Source: an uncultured Actinomycetota bacterium
GTDB lineage: Bacteria > Actinomycetota > Actinomycetes > JAFAQI01
Assembly: GCA_963814845.1 (NCBI GenBank)
Contig: CAWFEP010000002.1
Coordinates: 302,015 to 366,014, forward strand
Reading direction: 5' to 3'
DNA: 64,000 nucleotides
Under the pieces are notes generated by a model. That model had not been told where the DNA came from. It saw nothing but the letters and a program-made list of their open reading frames with translations, and searched no databases. The position numbers were made by a program, and so were the translations under genes. Within the stretch, counting starts at the first letter, position 1, and every line of letters starts with the position of its first letter. This document shows, piece by piece, positions 1 through 9,451 of the stretch.

Positions 1-722
1 TGCGAAGACGGTCGCGACGTTGCAGCGGCTGGCAGTTGCTCGGGGTGCGGAGCTGCGTGCGAACTGTTCAGCGCGGGTGAAATCCGCTGATAGCGGACGG
101 CATCGAGTTGGAGATGGCGAGCAGGTGTGGTGCGGTGCCGTCGCCTCGTGGTGACCGCCGATGCATGGACCAACGACGTGCTCGCTGACCTGGGCGTCGA
201 GCTGCCGCTCACCGTCACACAGGAGCAGGTCACGTACTTCGCGCCAGATCGATCCGGCGGCGTTCGCGCCGGGGGAGTTTCCGGTGTGGATCTGGATGGA
301 CGAGCCGAGCTTCTACGGGTTTCCGACGTACGGCGAGGCGACGGTCAAAGCGGGGCAGGATGTCGGCGGCCAGGTGACGACGGCGTCGGCTCGCAGCTTC
401 GAGCCAAACGCGGACAACCTGATGCAGCTCACGAAATTCATGGCAACGACATTTCCCGGCAGCGCTGCCGAGGTGCTGCACAGCGTCACCTGTCTTTACA
501 CCCTGACGCCCGACCGCGACTTCGTGGTCGCACCACTGCCCGAGCACGCTGACATCGTGGTCGGTCTTGGCGCCGGTCATGGTTTCAAGTTCGCGCCCAC
601 GTTCGGTCGGCTGCTCGCCGATCTCGCGGTCGAGGGAAAGACCGGCAGTGACATTGCGGCGTTCACCCTTGATCGACCGGCGATCACCGATCCCGAGTTT
701 CCCCGTCAGCTGGCTCGTCTAA
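1..722 (+). pseudogene. FAD-dependent oxidoreductase (monomeric sarcosine oxidase / N-methyltryptophan oxidase-like), 3' part; 5' end is off-window; frame changes several times
   Basis: RLVVTADAWTNDVLADLGVELPLTVTQEQVTYF (ORF 127..552) and FPVWIWMDEPSFYGFPTYGEATVKAGQD...GLGAGHGFKFAPTFGRLLADL (ORF 161..1018) are consecutive parts of one MSOX-type protein but lie in different frames (switch near 240-250, more switches in 1-130). The 3' end is uncertain because the ORF reads on to 1018 into the convergent TetR gene. Confidence 0.6.
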
Positions 723-766
723 CGACGGACAAGCGGCAGCGGTCGCGTCGTCGTCGCGTGTGCAGG

Positions 767-1372
767 TCAGCGGCGGGCTCTTCGATGCCCGAGCTCGGTG
801 GCCGCGACGTGGCGGACCCAACGCATCATCGTCGCCTTTGCAATGACGCCGTGGTGCACGGTCGCCTGCACGGCGAGCCCATCCAACAGCGCCGTGATTC
901 GCCACGCAGCGGCGACCGGGTCTGGGCAGGCGAACTCGCCCGCCGCGACACCTTCCGCAATCACCGCGGCAACGATGTCCTTCCAGTGGACGTCGAGCTC
1001 CCGCGACACCACCTGTAACTCGGGGACGCGAAGCGCTGCGGCCCAGGCATCGATCCAGAGTGGCCAAGCCTGCGCGGGTCCGGGACCGGGGCCGTACAAC
1101 GCGAGAATCCGGCTCAGCCGCCGACGGGCGGTTGCCCGTGACGCGCGGATTCGGTCGAGCTGTTGCAGGTCGCGCTCGGCGGCATAGCTGAACGCCTCGG
1201 ACAGCAGCCGGTCCTTTGACTCGAAGTGGTAAAACACCAACGCTGTGCTGACATCGAGCGCCTTCGCGACATCGACGACCCGGGTGTGCGCGAAGCCTCG
1301 TGCGGTGATCTGCTCGACCGCGGTGCGGAGGATCTCCTCGCGCCGAACGCCGACCGCTTGTCGCGCTGCCAC
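767..1372 (-). CDS. TetR family transcriptional regulator
   Basis: 201-aa ORF. The N-terminal HTH is typical of TetR: REEILRTAVEQITARGFAHTRVVDVAKALDVSTALVFYHFESKDRLL. Confidence 0.85.
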   Translation of the reverse strand: MAARQAVGVRREEILRTAVEQITARGFAHTRVVDVAKALDVSTALVFYHFESKDRLLSEAFSYAAERDLQQLDRIRASRATARRRLSRILALYGPGPGPAQAWPLWIDAWAAALRVPELQVVSRELDVHWKDIVAAVIAEGVAAGEFACPDPVAAAWRITALLDGLAVQATVHHGVIAKATMMRWVRHVAATELGHRRARR

Positions 1373-1381
1373 GCCGGCGCC

Positions 1382-3310
1382 CTAGCCGAGGTCTCGGGGG
1401 ATGACGCGATGCCAGTGCCGTTCGGCGAAGACGTCCTCGTTGTCGAGGCAACGCAACGTCACGTCGACTTCGAACGCGGTCTTTGTCGCCTCGACCTGAA
1501 GCTCGGCTTCGGTGCTGACTGTCGCCTCCGGCCATGCCAGCCGGAAGCATGACTTCGCGTGGATCCGCTGCGCGAACGTCCGGGTGTCGACCGTGACGCG
1601 GCCGGTGTAGTGCTCGGTGCATGTGACGCCGGTTTCTTCGTACGTGGAACCGTGATCGATGACGCATGAGGTCTCCCGGCGCAGCACGTCGTGCTCAACC
1701 TGCCAGGTCACGTCGGCCGGTTCGCTGGGCTCATCGGTGCTGGCGACGAGGGAGGGCGGCGCACATGGCGACGGGCCGGCGACCCGCGGCAGGTGCAAGG
1801 CCGACGCGGCGAGATCGACGGTCAGTGTTACGGCCTCGGGTGGCGCGATCGTGTTTGGCCAGTCAGTGCCGCAGATGGCAAGTCGCAGCCGGTGACCGGG
1901 GTCGAACTTCCAGGACGTCGCCTCGACCTCGACGACGACGTCAACGGGTTCACCGATCGGCATCGGCATCGGCTGCTCATGGCCGTCGCGATGGGTGAGG
2001 TTCAGGACGCCACGGGCCACCAGCGTCGAGGCCCCAGCCGGGGAGACATCGCACAGCCGGACCGAAAGTGTCGCGACCGGGACGTCGACGCTGACGCGCG
2101 CGGCCAGGGTCGCGTGCCCGAGGATCTCAAGGCCGTCCGCGGGCCAGTCCCAGGTCAGCGACTGAGCATCGTCCGTGCGCTGGTCGGTCGGTTGCCCCCA
2201 TGGCAGGTGACCGGCGCAAGAGATCCAGGCGGCAGTGCCGATGTCCGGGATGACCGGGTACGTCAGATGCCCCTCGCCGAGTGGTCGAACGTCAGCGGTG
2301 ACGCGGTCGAGCGGCCAACCGGGCTCGTTCCGCCACTCACCGGCGACTGCATCGAGGTCGGGCTCGGGCGGGCTGGAGCGGCGCGCAAAGATCGTGATCG
2401 GCGGGTCGCGATCGATGCCATTGTCAGTGCCGCGAAGCCAGCGGTCCCACCAGCGCACCATCTCCGGCACCAGGTCGATCCGTGGCCCGGGCAGTGCGGT
2501 GTTGGTTGCCGCGTGCCCCCAGGGCCCGAGCAGCAGCCGATGCGGCACGCCGGCAGCCGCGAGCGCCTCGACGGTGCGAAACGTGTTGTTGCGATAACCG
2601 TCAGCCCAGCCGCCGACGAGCATGGTCGGGGTCTGGATTCGGTCGTACGCCGGCCGGACCGAGCCTTGTCGCCAATATGCACCGTCGCGTTGCTGCTCGA
2701 CCCACTGCAGCAGCCAGGGCTCGGTCTGCTCGATGCGATCGCGCCAGGCTTCCCGCCACGAGCCGCCGGCGATTGATGGCACTTGCGGCAACGCGTTCAT
2801 CGCGACCATGTAAATCGGATAGTCGACGAGGTCGAGCGCCTTGAGCAGGCCACCCATGTAATGGACGTCGTCGGTGTAACGATCGTCGCTGGCGTAGATG
2901 CCGATCACCGCCTTGAGCGCCGGTGGCCGGGTCGCGGCGAGATGCAGTGAGTTGAACCCGCTGTAGGACGTGCCGTACATCCCCACCGCGCCAGTGCACC
3001 AGGGCTGCGACGCGATCCAGGCGATCACCTCACTGAGATCCTGCTGCTCTTGCGGCGGGTATTCGTCGGTCGCGACGCCCTCCGATGACCCAGTGCCGCG
3101 CACATCGACGCGAACGACGGCATAGCCGTGGTCGTCACGCAGTCGGACGTACTCCGGCCGATAGCCGGCGGTCAGGTCGTCCTTGCGGTAGGGCAACGCC
3201 TCGAGCACTGCCGGACACTCGGCGTCCGCAGCGGGGAGATAGAGCGTGGCGGCGAGGCGGGTGCCATCGGTCATCGGGATCCAGACGAGCGCGCTGGTTC
3301 CTTCAGCCAC
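1382..3310 (-). CDS. CocE/NonD family hydrolase (X-Pro dipeptidyl-peptidase S15-like)
   Basis: ALPYRKDD, VRVDVRGTGSSEG and nucleophile elbow MYGTSYSGF, with a large C-terminal beta domain. The start is placed at the GTG at 3310, which overlaps the upstream dmpA-like stop; the annotated 707-aa ORF start at 3505 lies inside that gene. Confidence 0.8.
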   Translation of the reverse strand: MAEGTSALVWIPMTDGTRLAATLYLPAADAECPAVLEALPYRKDDLTAGYRPEYVRLRDDHGYAVVRVDVRGTGSSEGVATDEYPPQEQQDLSEVIAWIASQPWCTGAVGMYGTSYSGFNSLHLAATRPPALKAVIGIYASDDRYTDDVHYMGGLLKALDLVDYPIYMVAMNALPQVPSIAGGSWREAWRDRIEQTEPWLLQWVEQQRDGAYWRQGSVRPAYDRIQTPTMLVGGWADGYRNNTFRTVEALAAAGVPHRLLLGPWGHAATNTALPGPRIDLVPEMVRWWDRWLRGTDNGIDRDPPITIFARRSSPPEPDLDAVAGEWRNEPGWPLDRVTADVRPLGEGHLTYPVIPDIGTAAWISCAGHLPWGQPTDQRTDDAQSLTWDWPADGLEILGHATLAARVSVDVPVATLSVRLCDVSPAGASTLVARGVLNLTHRDGHEQPMPMPIGEPVDVVVEVEATSWKFDPGHRLRLAICGTDWPNTIAPPEAVTLTVDLAASALHLPRVAGPSPCAPPSLVASTDEPSEPADVTWQVEHDVLRRETSCVIDHGSTYEETGVTCTEHYTGRVTVDTRTFAQRIHAKSCFRLAWPEATVSTEAELQVEATKTAFEVDVTLRCLDNEDVFAERHWHRVIPRDLG

Positions 3311-4412
3311 GCGGTCGTCCGGTGGCCTGCTGCGCCTTGGCGAGGAGGTCGCGGACATCGTCAAACGGCAACCCGTACGAGGTATTGCCGTCGCGCCCGA
3401 CGACTGTCTTCGCGGCGAGCAGGCTGTTGAGCGCGGCTTCCTCAGTGGCGTCGACCGCAGCCTCGAAGTACAGGTCAAGCTCCGGCCCGGTGAGCGGTAT
3501 GCCAACCGGTGGCTCGCCGCGCGCTGAGCGCAAACCCGTTGCTACCGCAAGGAAAATCTCGCCAGACCCGTTCGACGCCGTGCTGCCGAGCCGGGCCAGC
3601 CCTAGCCCGGCGCGACGAGCCAACCGGCAACAGCCGGCCGGGTCTATCGGGGCGTCCGTGACCACGACGACGATGCATGAGCCAGCGGGTGTAGGCGGCC
3701 CGCTGACGGTCGCGGGATCCGGCAGCAGGCGGCCGACGGCCACACCGCCGACGGTCAGGCGATGACGCTCACCGAAGTTGGTCATCGCGAGGACGCCGAC
3801 CGTTGTGCCGTCCGGCAACACCCGTGACGCGGTGCCAATGCCGCCTTTGTAGCCGAGACAGCTCATGCCGGTGCCTGACCCGACTGCACCTTCTTCGAAG
3901 TGGGTTCCGCCGGCGGACGCCCGCGCGCTGTGGAGCGCGTTGCGTACGTCATCGACCGTGACCCGAACCCTTCTGGGGTCCGAGAGGAAGCTGTCATCGC
4001 ACTCGGCCACGACCGGGATCGTCACGTCGACGACGCCGAGACTCGGCTCCTCGGCGACGAGGATTTCGATCGCGGCGTCATAGACCCGGCCGAGCTGCAT
4101 CGTCGAGGTGAGGAAGATCGGTGTCTCGACCCCGCCGCACTCGGTGATCGCGATCAGGCCGGTGCACTCGCCACAGCCGTTGAGGATCGCGGCGCCGGCC
4201 GGCACCGGTGAGGTGAACGCGTTGCCACCGAGATCGAGCACGGTGACACCGGTTCGCGCGACGCCGTCGCCGGTTGGCGGATCGGGATCGTCACGCCAGA
4301 TGGTCGTGTGGCCGAGGCCAACGCCGGGCACATCGAGCACCGAGTCAGTCGGCCCAGCGGGCAGCAGGCCGATACTGATTCCCAAGTCAGCAGTACGCAC
4401 GTTGCCCAGCAT
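3303..4412 (-). CDS. P1 family peptidase / DmpA-type L-aminopeptidase (S58)
   Basis: GVGLGHTT, NGCGECTGL and GSGTGMSCLGYKGGIGTASR are motifs typical of DmpA/BapA self-processing aminopeptidases. The start is taken at the ATG (MLGNVRTADLG) at 4412, and the Arg-rich upstream extension of the ORF is rejected. Confidence 0.8.
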   Translation of the reverse strand: MLGNVRTADLGISIGLLPAGPTDSVLDVPGVGLGHTTIWRDDPDPPTGDGVARTGVTVLDLGGNAFTSPVPAGAAILNGCGECTGLIAITECGGVETPIFLTSTMQLGRVYDAAIEILVAEEPSLGVVDVTIPVVAECDDSFLSDPRRVRVTVDDVRNALHSARASAGGTHFEEGAVGSGTGMSCLGYKGGIGTASRVLPDGTTVGVLAMTNFGERHRLTVGGVAVGRLLPDPATVSGPPTPAGSCIVVVVTDAPIDPAGCCRLARRAGLGLARLGSTASNGSGEIFLAVATGLRSARGEPPVGIPLTGPELDLYFEAAVDATEEAALNSLLAAKTVVGRDGNTSYGLPFDDVRDLLAKAQQATGRPRG

Positions 4413-4429
4413 GCCGTCAAGAGGAGCAG

Positions 4430-5497
4430 TTGACCATGACCCTGCGCATCCCAGTCGTGAGCAGCGACGAGTGCCGGCGTCATCTGCCCGATGCGGAGAT
4501 CTGGCTCGGGGTCCGCACGTCGGGCACCGAGGTGCCCGATCGGGTCGACGCGATCCGCGCGGCGACTGTCGCTGCTGGTCTCGAGCAAGTCGCCGCTGCG
4601 CCGCACGACGACAGGCTGTTACGCCGGGTCCACAGCCCTGAGCTGCTCGACTACCTCGCGAGTGCATGGGATGGCTGGGTCGCCGCCGGCTTTCTTGCCG
4701 AACCCGGCCAGAACCGCGTCGTGCCATACCTGTTCCCCTCGCCTGAGCTGTTGAGCGGCCTCCCGATTCGTGAGCCGGCCGCGGTGCACGCGAAGGCAGG
4801 CCGCTATTGCTACGACACGATGACCCTGATCGGTCCTGGCACCTGGGACGCCGCCCGCGCGGCCGTGGACGTCGCGGTCACCGCGGCTGCGCTGGTCACT
4901 GCGGGCGCCCAGGCGGCGTACGGGTTGTGCCGGCCGCCCGGGCATCATGCGACCCGCGACGGATTCGGCGGGTCGTGCTACCTCAACAACGCCGCCGTGG
5001 CGGCAGAGGCGCTGCGGGACGGAGGTGCGGCGAGGGTGGCGGTCGTGGACATCGACGCTCACCACGGCAACGGGACGCAGTCGTTGTTCTACGACCGGGC
5101 CGATGTTTTCTATGCCTCCTTGCATGTCGATCCCGGCGCTGGCTGGTTCCCGCACTACCTAGGTTTCAGCGATGAGCGCGGTCGCGGCGACGGCCTCGGG
5201 GCGACTCTCAACCTGCCGTTGCCGCCCGGCACCGGCGACGAGGGTTGGCTGGCCGCGCTCGACCAAATCCGGGCGGCGCTCGACGACTTCGCTCCGGACG
5301 CGATGGTGCTCTCCTTAGGTGTCGACGCCGCCGCGGTTGATCCGGAGAGCCCGCTCACCGTCACAGTCGATGGCTTTCGAGAGGCCGGGCGCCGGCTTGC
5401 CGAAGTCGCGCCATGCGTTGCGGTGCAAGAAGGTGGGTATGACCTGAGTGCGATCGGCGAGCTGGTTTGTGCCTTACTGGAAGGGTTGGCGTCATGA
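4430..5497 (+). CDS. Histone deacetylase family amidohydrolase (acetylpolyamine/acetoin utilisation type)
   Basis: CRPPGHHATRDGFGGSCYLNNAA and VDIDAHHGNGTQ are HDAC catalytic motifs. The start is TTG 4430 or ATG 4436. It is divergent from the dmpA-like gene. Confidence 0.85.
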   Translation: MTMTLRIPVVSSDECRRHLPDAEIWLGVRTSGTEVPDRVDAIRAATVAAGLEQVAAAPHDDRLLRRVHSPELLDYLASAWDGWVAAGFLAEPGQNRVVPYLFPSPELLSGLPIREPAAVHAKAGRYCYDTMTLIGPGTWDAARAAVDVAVTAAALVTAGAQAAYGLCRPPGHHATRDGFGGSCYLNNAAVAAEALRDGGAARVAVVDIDAHHGNGTQSLFYDRADVFYASLHVDPGAGWFPHYLGFSDERGRGDGLGATLNLPLPPGTGDEGWLAALDQIRAALDDFAPDAMVLSLGVDAAAVDPESPLTVTVDGFREAGRRLAEVAPCVAVQEGGYDLSAIGELVCALLEGLAS

Positions 5498-6000
5498 CGA
5501 CTCGGCGAGTGGTCCTGGTCCGGCACGCCAAGGCGGCAGCTGGTGAGGACGACCACGAGCGGCCGTTGACCGATCGAGGTGTCAGAGACGCGACCGAAGT
5601 GGGACGCTGGCTTGCCTTATCAGGGATGCAGGCGGATCGAGTGGTCTCCTCAACTGCCCGCCGAGCTCGGCAAACCTGGGACCATGCCGCCACGGTGCTC
5701 GACTGGGCTCCTGAGGTCCTCGACGAGCATCGGATGTACGACAACACCGTTGATGCCCTGCTCGCGATCATTCACGAGACACCGCCCGAGGTCGGGACAC
5801 TCGTGTTGGTCGGCCACAACCCGTCTATCGGCGAGCTGGCGGCGGCGCTCGACGATGGCACCGGTGACGCGGACTCCCGGGACGCACTTGCGCGCTCGTA
5901 TCCCACAAGCGGGGTGTCGAGTTTTGATGTGCCGACCGAGTGGGCCGGGCTCGAGCCCGGCGGCGCTGCCGTCACCAGTTTTGTCGTGCTCCGCGGCTGA
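5494..6000 (+). CDS. SixA-like histidine phosphatase
   Basis: VVLVRHAKA...RPLTDRG...LVGHNP pattern of the histidine phosphatase superfamily. The ATG at 5494 overlaps the upstream stop (ATGA). Confidence 0.75.
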   Translation: MTTRRVVLVRHAKAAAGEDDHERPLTDRGVRDATEVGRWLALSGMQADRVVSSTARRARQTWDHAATVLDWAPEVLDEHRMYDNTVDALLAIIHETPPEVGTLVLVGHNPSIGELAAALDDGTGDADSRDALARSYPTSGVSSFDVPTEWAGLEPGGAAVTSFVVLRG

Positions 6001-6005
6001 GCCGG

Positions 6006-6986
6006 CTATGCGGTAGAGCCGGCTAGCGCCACTGCTCGGTGGACCGCGGCTTCGCCAGCCTCGCCGGCGAGGCGGAGCCGGGCCACGTCGGTGGTGAGCG
6101 AGCGAATGCCATGGCCGCGCAACGGTCGTAGACCCATGATTCGCGCGCCACCGCGACGTACCAAGCCGCTGATCAGCGCGGTCGAGTCTTGGTGGTGACG
6201 GCCGCGTTGTGCCATTGCGCGTGCCAGGCCGGGGGCCAGCCGGTTCAGGTGTGCACGCATTGGCGGCGTCACCCGGCTCGATGGCGAGAGGCGTTCATGC
6301 GGTGCCCGAGCCAACAAGGCGAGAACGTGCGTGGCGCCGCCGTCGACGGCGCGTGCGACCGGCAGCGGATCGGTGACGAAGCCGTCAACCCACCGTCGGC
6401 CGTGCAGCTCGATCGGCGGGCCGGCCCACAGCGGGATCCGGGACGAGGCGAGCAATGCCTGGCGCCAGTCGTCGGCGTTGCGAAGATCCACCAGCTCGCT
6501 CGCTGCCAACGTGTCGAGTGCGGTTGCGACCGGGCGGAGCGGCAAGTCGCTGCTGAGCAGCGAGGACCACTCGAACCCGTGGCGCCCGATCATGACCGTG
6601 TCCAGCAAGAAGTCGAGCGAGACGAGCGGCCCGCGGCGCGACAGCATGCGACCGAAATCGACGAACGCCCCGACCGCGAGGTCGTCGTAGTACGCCTTGG
6701 CAAGGTGGTCGGTGCGATCGGCGACGAGGCCAGTGCCGGTGTAGGCGCCGGCAGAGACGGCAAGAATTTCGTCGAGGCTGTTTCGAAGGCCGAGGGCGCC
6801 GAGCGCCTTGGCCATGCCACCGACATATACGCCGCGCATGCCGCCGCCTTCGATGACCAGCGCGACCCGGTGGCCGTCGTCGTGGCAGCCGGGCCTGGTT
6901 CCGGCGCGGTGGCGCTCCAGCATGACCGATAGGACATCGATGTCGCCGACAGCGAACCCGCGCCCGCTTGGCGAGTTGATGCTCAT
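6006..6986 (-). CDS. Patatin-like phospholipase
   Basis: Oxyanion GGGMRG and nucleophile motif AVSAGA (G-x-S-x-G type), with a downstream DG dyad region. The start is taken at MSINSPSG. Confidence 0.8.
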   Translation of the reverse strand: MSINSPSGRGFAVGDIDVLSVMLERHRAGTRPGCHDDGHRVALVIEGGGMRGVYVGGMAKALGALGLRNSLDEILAVSAGAYTGTGLVADRTDHLAKAYYDDLAVGAFVDFGRMLSRRGPLVSLDFLLDTVMIGRHGFEWSSLLSSDLPLRPVATALDTLAASELVDLRNADDWRQALLASSRIPLWAGPPIELHGRRWVDGFVTDPLPVARAVDGGATHVLALLARAPHERLSPSSRVTPPMRAHLNRLAPGLARAMAQRGRHHQDSTALISGLVRRGGARIMGLRPLRGHGIRSLTTDVARLRLAGEAGEAAVHRAVALAGSTA

Positions 6987-7122
6987 CCGGCGAGAGCGTA
7001 GCGGTCTCGACCCGTACGTCCGGTTAAGGCTCGGGGGTTCGTACCTTCCAAAACTCAAAAGCAAGTGCGAAACCAACTGCGCTCACGGCGAGGGGTGGAC
7101 GCGGATTGTCGCGTTTGTCTGA

Positions 7123-7674
7123 TCACCGGAAAGACTTCGCGAGGACGTCGAAGGACAGGTCGTCGCGGCGGGGTTGCCCGAAGCGCTCGTCGCCGTGCGG
7201 GAAGGGCTTGCTTTCGCCCGTGACGACATAGCCGCGTCGGACGTACCACGCGATGAGATCCTGGCGCTGGGTGATCACCGTCATCTGCATCGTTGTCGCG
7301 GCGTACTCGGCCCGCGCGATGCGCTCGGCTTCGGCAAGCAGGCCGTGGCCGATCCCGCCGCCTTGCAGCAGCGGCGAGACAGCGAACATGCCGAAATACG
7401 CGACTCCCGCGTCTCGCCGCTCGAGCTGGCAACAGGCGAGCAAGGCGCCGTCGGGAGCCACGCACAGGAGCATCCGCGCGTCGTGTCCCGTGACGATCGC
7501 CCGCACAGACTCGGCATCGGTGCGCTGGCCGCCAAGCAGGTCGGCCTCGGTGGTCCAGCCGGCCCGGCTCAGGTCGCCGCGGTAGGCGGACTCGACGAGC
7601 GCGACAACCGCGTCGATGTCGGCGATCGTCGCGTCGCGATAAGAGGCCGGCTGTGGCGAGGTCAGGGCGGTCAC
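7123..7674 (-). CDS. GNAT family N-acetyltransferase
   Basis: The acetyl-CoA pocket pattern FAVSPLLQGGGIGHGLL (Q/R-x-x-G-x-G/A) sits in a ~180-aa protein. A GTG start at 7674 was verified in sequence. Confidence 0.75.
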   Translation of the reverse strand: MTALTSPQPASYRDATIADIDAVVALVESAYRGDLSRAGWTTEADLLGGQRTDAESVRAIVTGHDARMLLCVAPDGALLACCQLERRDAGVAYFGMFAVSPLLQGGGIGHGLLAEAERIARAEYAATTMQMTVITQRQDLIAWYVRRGYVVTGESKPFPHGDERFGQPRRDDLSFDVLAKSFR

Positions 7675-7778
7675 GATCCACGACGCTACTGCCCGCTGTA
7701 ACGCATTCGCCGGCCGATCCGCTGTCTGTGGTGACGAACGTTTCCGCCCTTCGGGGCCTGTCGCAGAGAGGGCACACA

Positions 7779-8777
7779 ATGACGCCAACCCTTCCTCGCC
7801 GTACGGCGGCGGTGACGGCAATGGCCGTCGTCGCCTTCAGCGGCGTGGCTTTGGCCGGCGCGGCGGTCCCCGCCGGCGCCGCAACCAGAGCCCATACCTC
7901 GCTATCCATCCGCGAGGCGCATCAGGGCATCAACCCGGGTGGCAGCGACTTCATCACCGGCGCGCTCAAGGCGCGTCGCGGCCACGTCGCCGGCCGGCTG
8001 GTCGAGTTGCTCTCCAAGGCCAACGGCACGACCACCTGGACCAAAGCCGCGGAGCACCGCACCGGCCCGCACGGCCGGATCGGGTTCCAGGTCAGCCCCA
8101 CCGTCTCGACTCACTACCGTCTCGCCTTCCTCGGTAATGCGCTTCAGCGGCCCTCCCGCAGCGGAGTCGTTGGAGTCCGCGTCCGTAACACCACGTCGCT
8201 GACGATCGCGCTCGGCTCGAGCTCGATCAACCCGGGCGGCAGCGACACCGTGAACGGCGTGCTGAGCCTCGACGGCAGCGCTCTCGTCGGTGACACCGTC
8301 ATCCTGCGTGGTCGCCACGGCACGCATGGCTGGGCGAAGATTGGTACGGCAGTGACTGCGGCCGACGGCAGTGTCAGTTTCTCCGTGTCGCCGGCTGTGA
8401 CCTCGCACTACGTACTGGTGTTCCGCAAGACGGCGACCAATGCCGCTGCGCGCAGCGCCGTCGCGACCGTGCATGTCGTCCGGACGAGCACGCTGTCAAT
8501 CCGTGCCACGGCCCGCCCCAAGAAGGGCACCGAGGTCATCAGTGGCGACCTTCGCGGCGGCGGTCACGCCCTCGCGCATCGCATGGTGACATTGCAGGAC
8601 AGGCCAGACGGCACGAGCACGTGGACCACTGTGGCCACCCACCGCACCGGTCACAATGGCGGCGTTGGCTTCACTGAGCCCGCGCCGACCTCCTCCGAGG
8701 ACTACCAGTTGGTCTTCTCGGGTGGTTTGCAGTTCTCCGGTTGCCAGAGCGGCGTCGTTACTGTCACCGTTTCCTAA
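7779..8777 (+). CDS. Secreted protein with three ~95-aa Ig-like tandem repeats
   Basis: Signal peptide MTPTLPRRTAAVTAMAVVAFSGVALAGAAVPAGA. It is followed by three repeats sharing INPGGSD..G.L...G..V.L....G...W..V...T...G...F.V.P...(S/T).Y.LVF. Confidence 0.65.
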   Translation: MTPTLPRRTAAVTAMAVVAFSGVALAGAAVPAGAATRAHTSLSIREAHQGINPGGSDFITGALKARRGHVAGRLVELLSKANGTTTWTKAAEHRTGPHGRIGFQVSPTVSTHYRLAFLGNALQRPSRSGVVGVRVRNTTSLTIALGSSSINPGGSDTVNGVLSLDGSALVGDTVILRGRHGTHGWAKIGTAVTAADGSVSFSVSPAVTSHYVLVFRKTATNAAARSAVATVHVVRTSTLSIRATARPKKGTEVISGDLRGGGHALAHRMVTLQDRPDGTSTWTTVATHRTGHNGGVGFTEPAPTSSEDYQLVFSGGLQFSGCQSGVVTVTVS

Positions 8778-8903
8778 GCAGGCAACGGTTCGGCACGCTG
8801 TGGCACCGGACAATCGGGGCATCAGGAGGGGACGGTACGTATCGGATCCGACCTGTCGTCTCGCTCTCGTCGACCTGGCCCCCCTCCGGGCCAGGTCGAC
8901 GAG

Positions 8904-9449
8904 GTGCTCGACGATGCCCTTCGGCGCGCCCGAGCAGGTGATGAGTCGGGCTTCCTGGAGTTATGGCGGATGTTGCAGCCGCGGCTCCTGCGTTACCTAC
9001 GAGTGCAAAGCGGCGAGGGCTGCGAGGACATCGCGGCCGAGACCTGGTTGCAGATCGTCCGGGATCTGCCGAGCTTCATCGGCACGGCAGATGGCTTTCG
9101 GGGCTGGCTGTTCACGGTTGCCAGGCATCGAGCGATCGACGCGGCTCGAGCCAAGGCAGCTCGACCGGTCGTGCCGCTTGCCGACGTCAGCTCGGCGAAG
9201 CCGGCGCTCGCGCCCTCAGCAGAAAGCGAGGCAATGGAACGACTATCGACCGAGCAGGCGCTCGCGATGGTCGCGTCGTTGCCGTCAGATCAGGCAGAGT
9301 TGGTCGCCTTGCGAGTCATCGCAGGGCTTGATGTGGCCGCGGTCGCGCAGATCGTCGGCAAGTCTCCGGGGGCCGTCAGAGTGAGCGTTCATCGCGGGTT
9401 GCGTGCCCTGTCGCGCGATCCGCGCGTCCAGTCGGCGGAGGTGGTCTGA
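8904..9449 (+). CDS. ECF (sigma-70 family) RNA polymerase sigma factor
   Basis: Region 2 (EDIAAETWLQIV...FRGWLFTVARHRAIDAAR) and region 4 (LPSDQAELVALRVIAGLDVAAVAQIVGKSPGAVRVSVHRGL). Confidence 0.85.
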   Translation: MLDDALRRARAGDESGFLELWRMLQPRLLRYLRVQSGEGCEDIAAETWLQIVRDLPSFIGTADGFRGWLFTVARHRAIDAARAKAARPVVPLADVSSAKPALAPSAESEAMERLSTEQALAMVASLPSDQAELVALRVIAGLDVAAVAQIVGKSPGAVRVSVHRGLRALSRDPRVQSAEVV

Positions 9450-9451
9450 AC

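Noticed and set aside
161-1018. 285-aa ORF implying a long C-terminal extension of the sarcosine-oxidase-like protein over the TetR gene
   Set aside because: Beyond ~720 the translation becomes an Arg-rich shadow of the convergent TetR gene (767..1372 -), which has a clear HTH. A stop is available at 720-722 in an adjacent frame.
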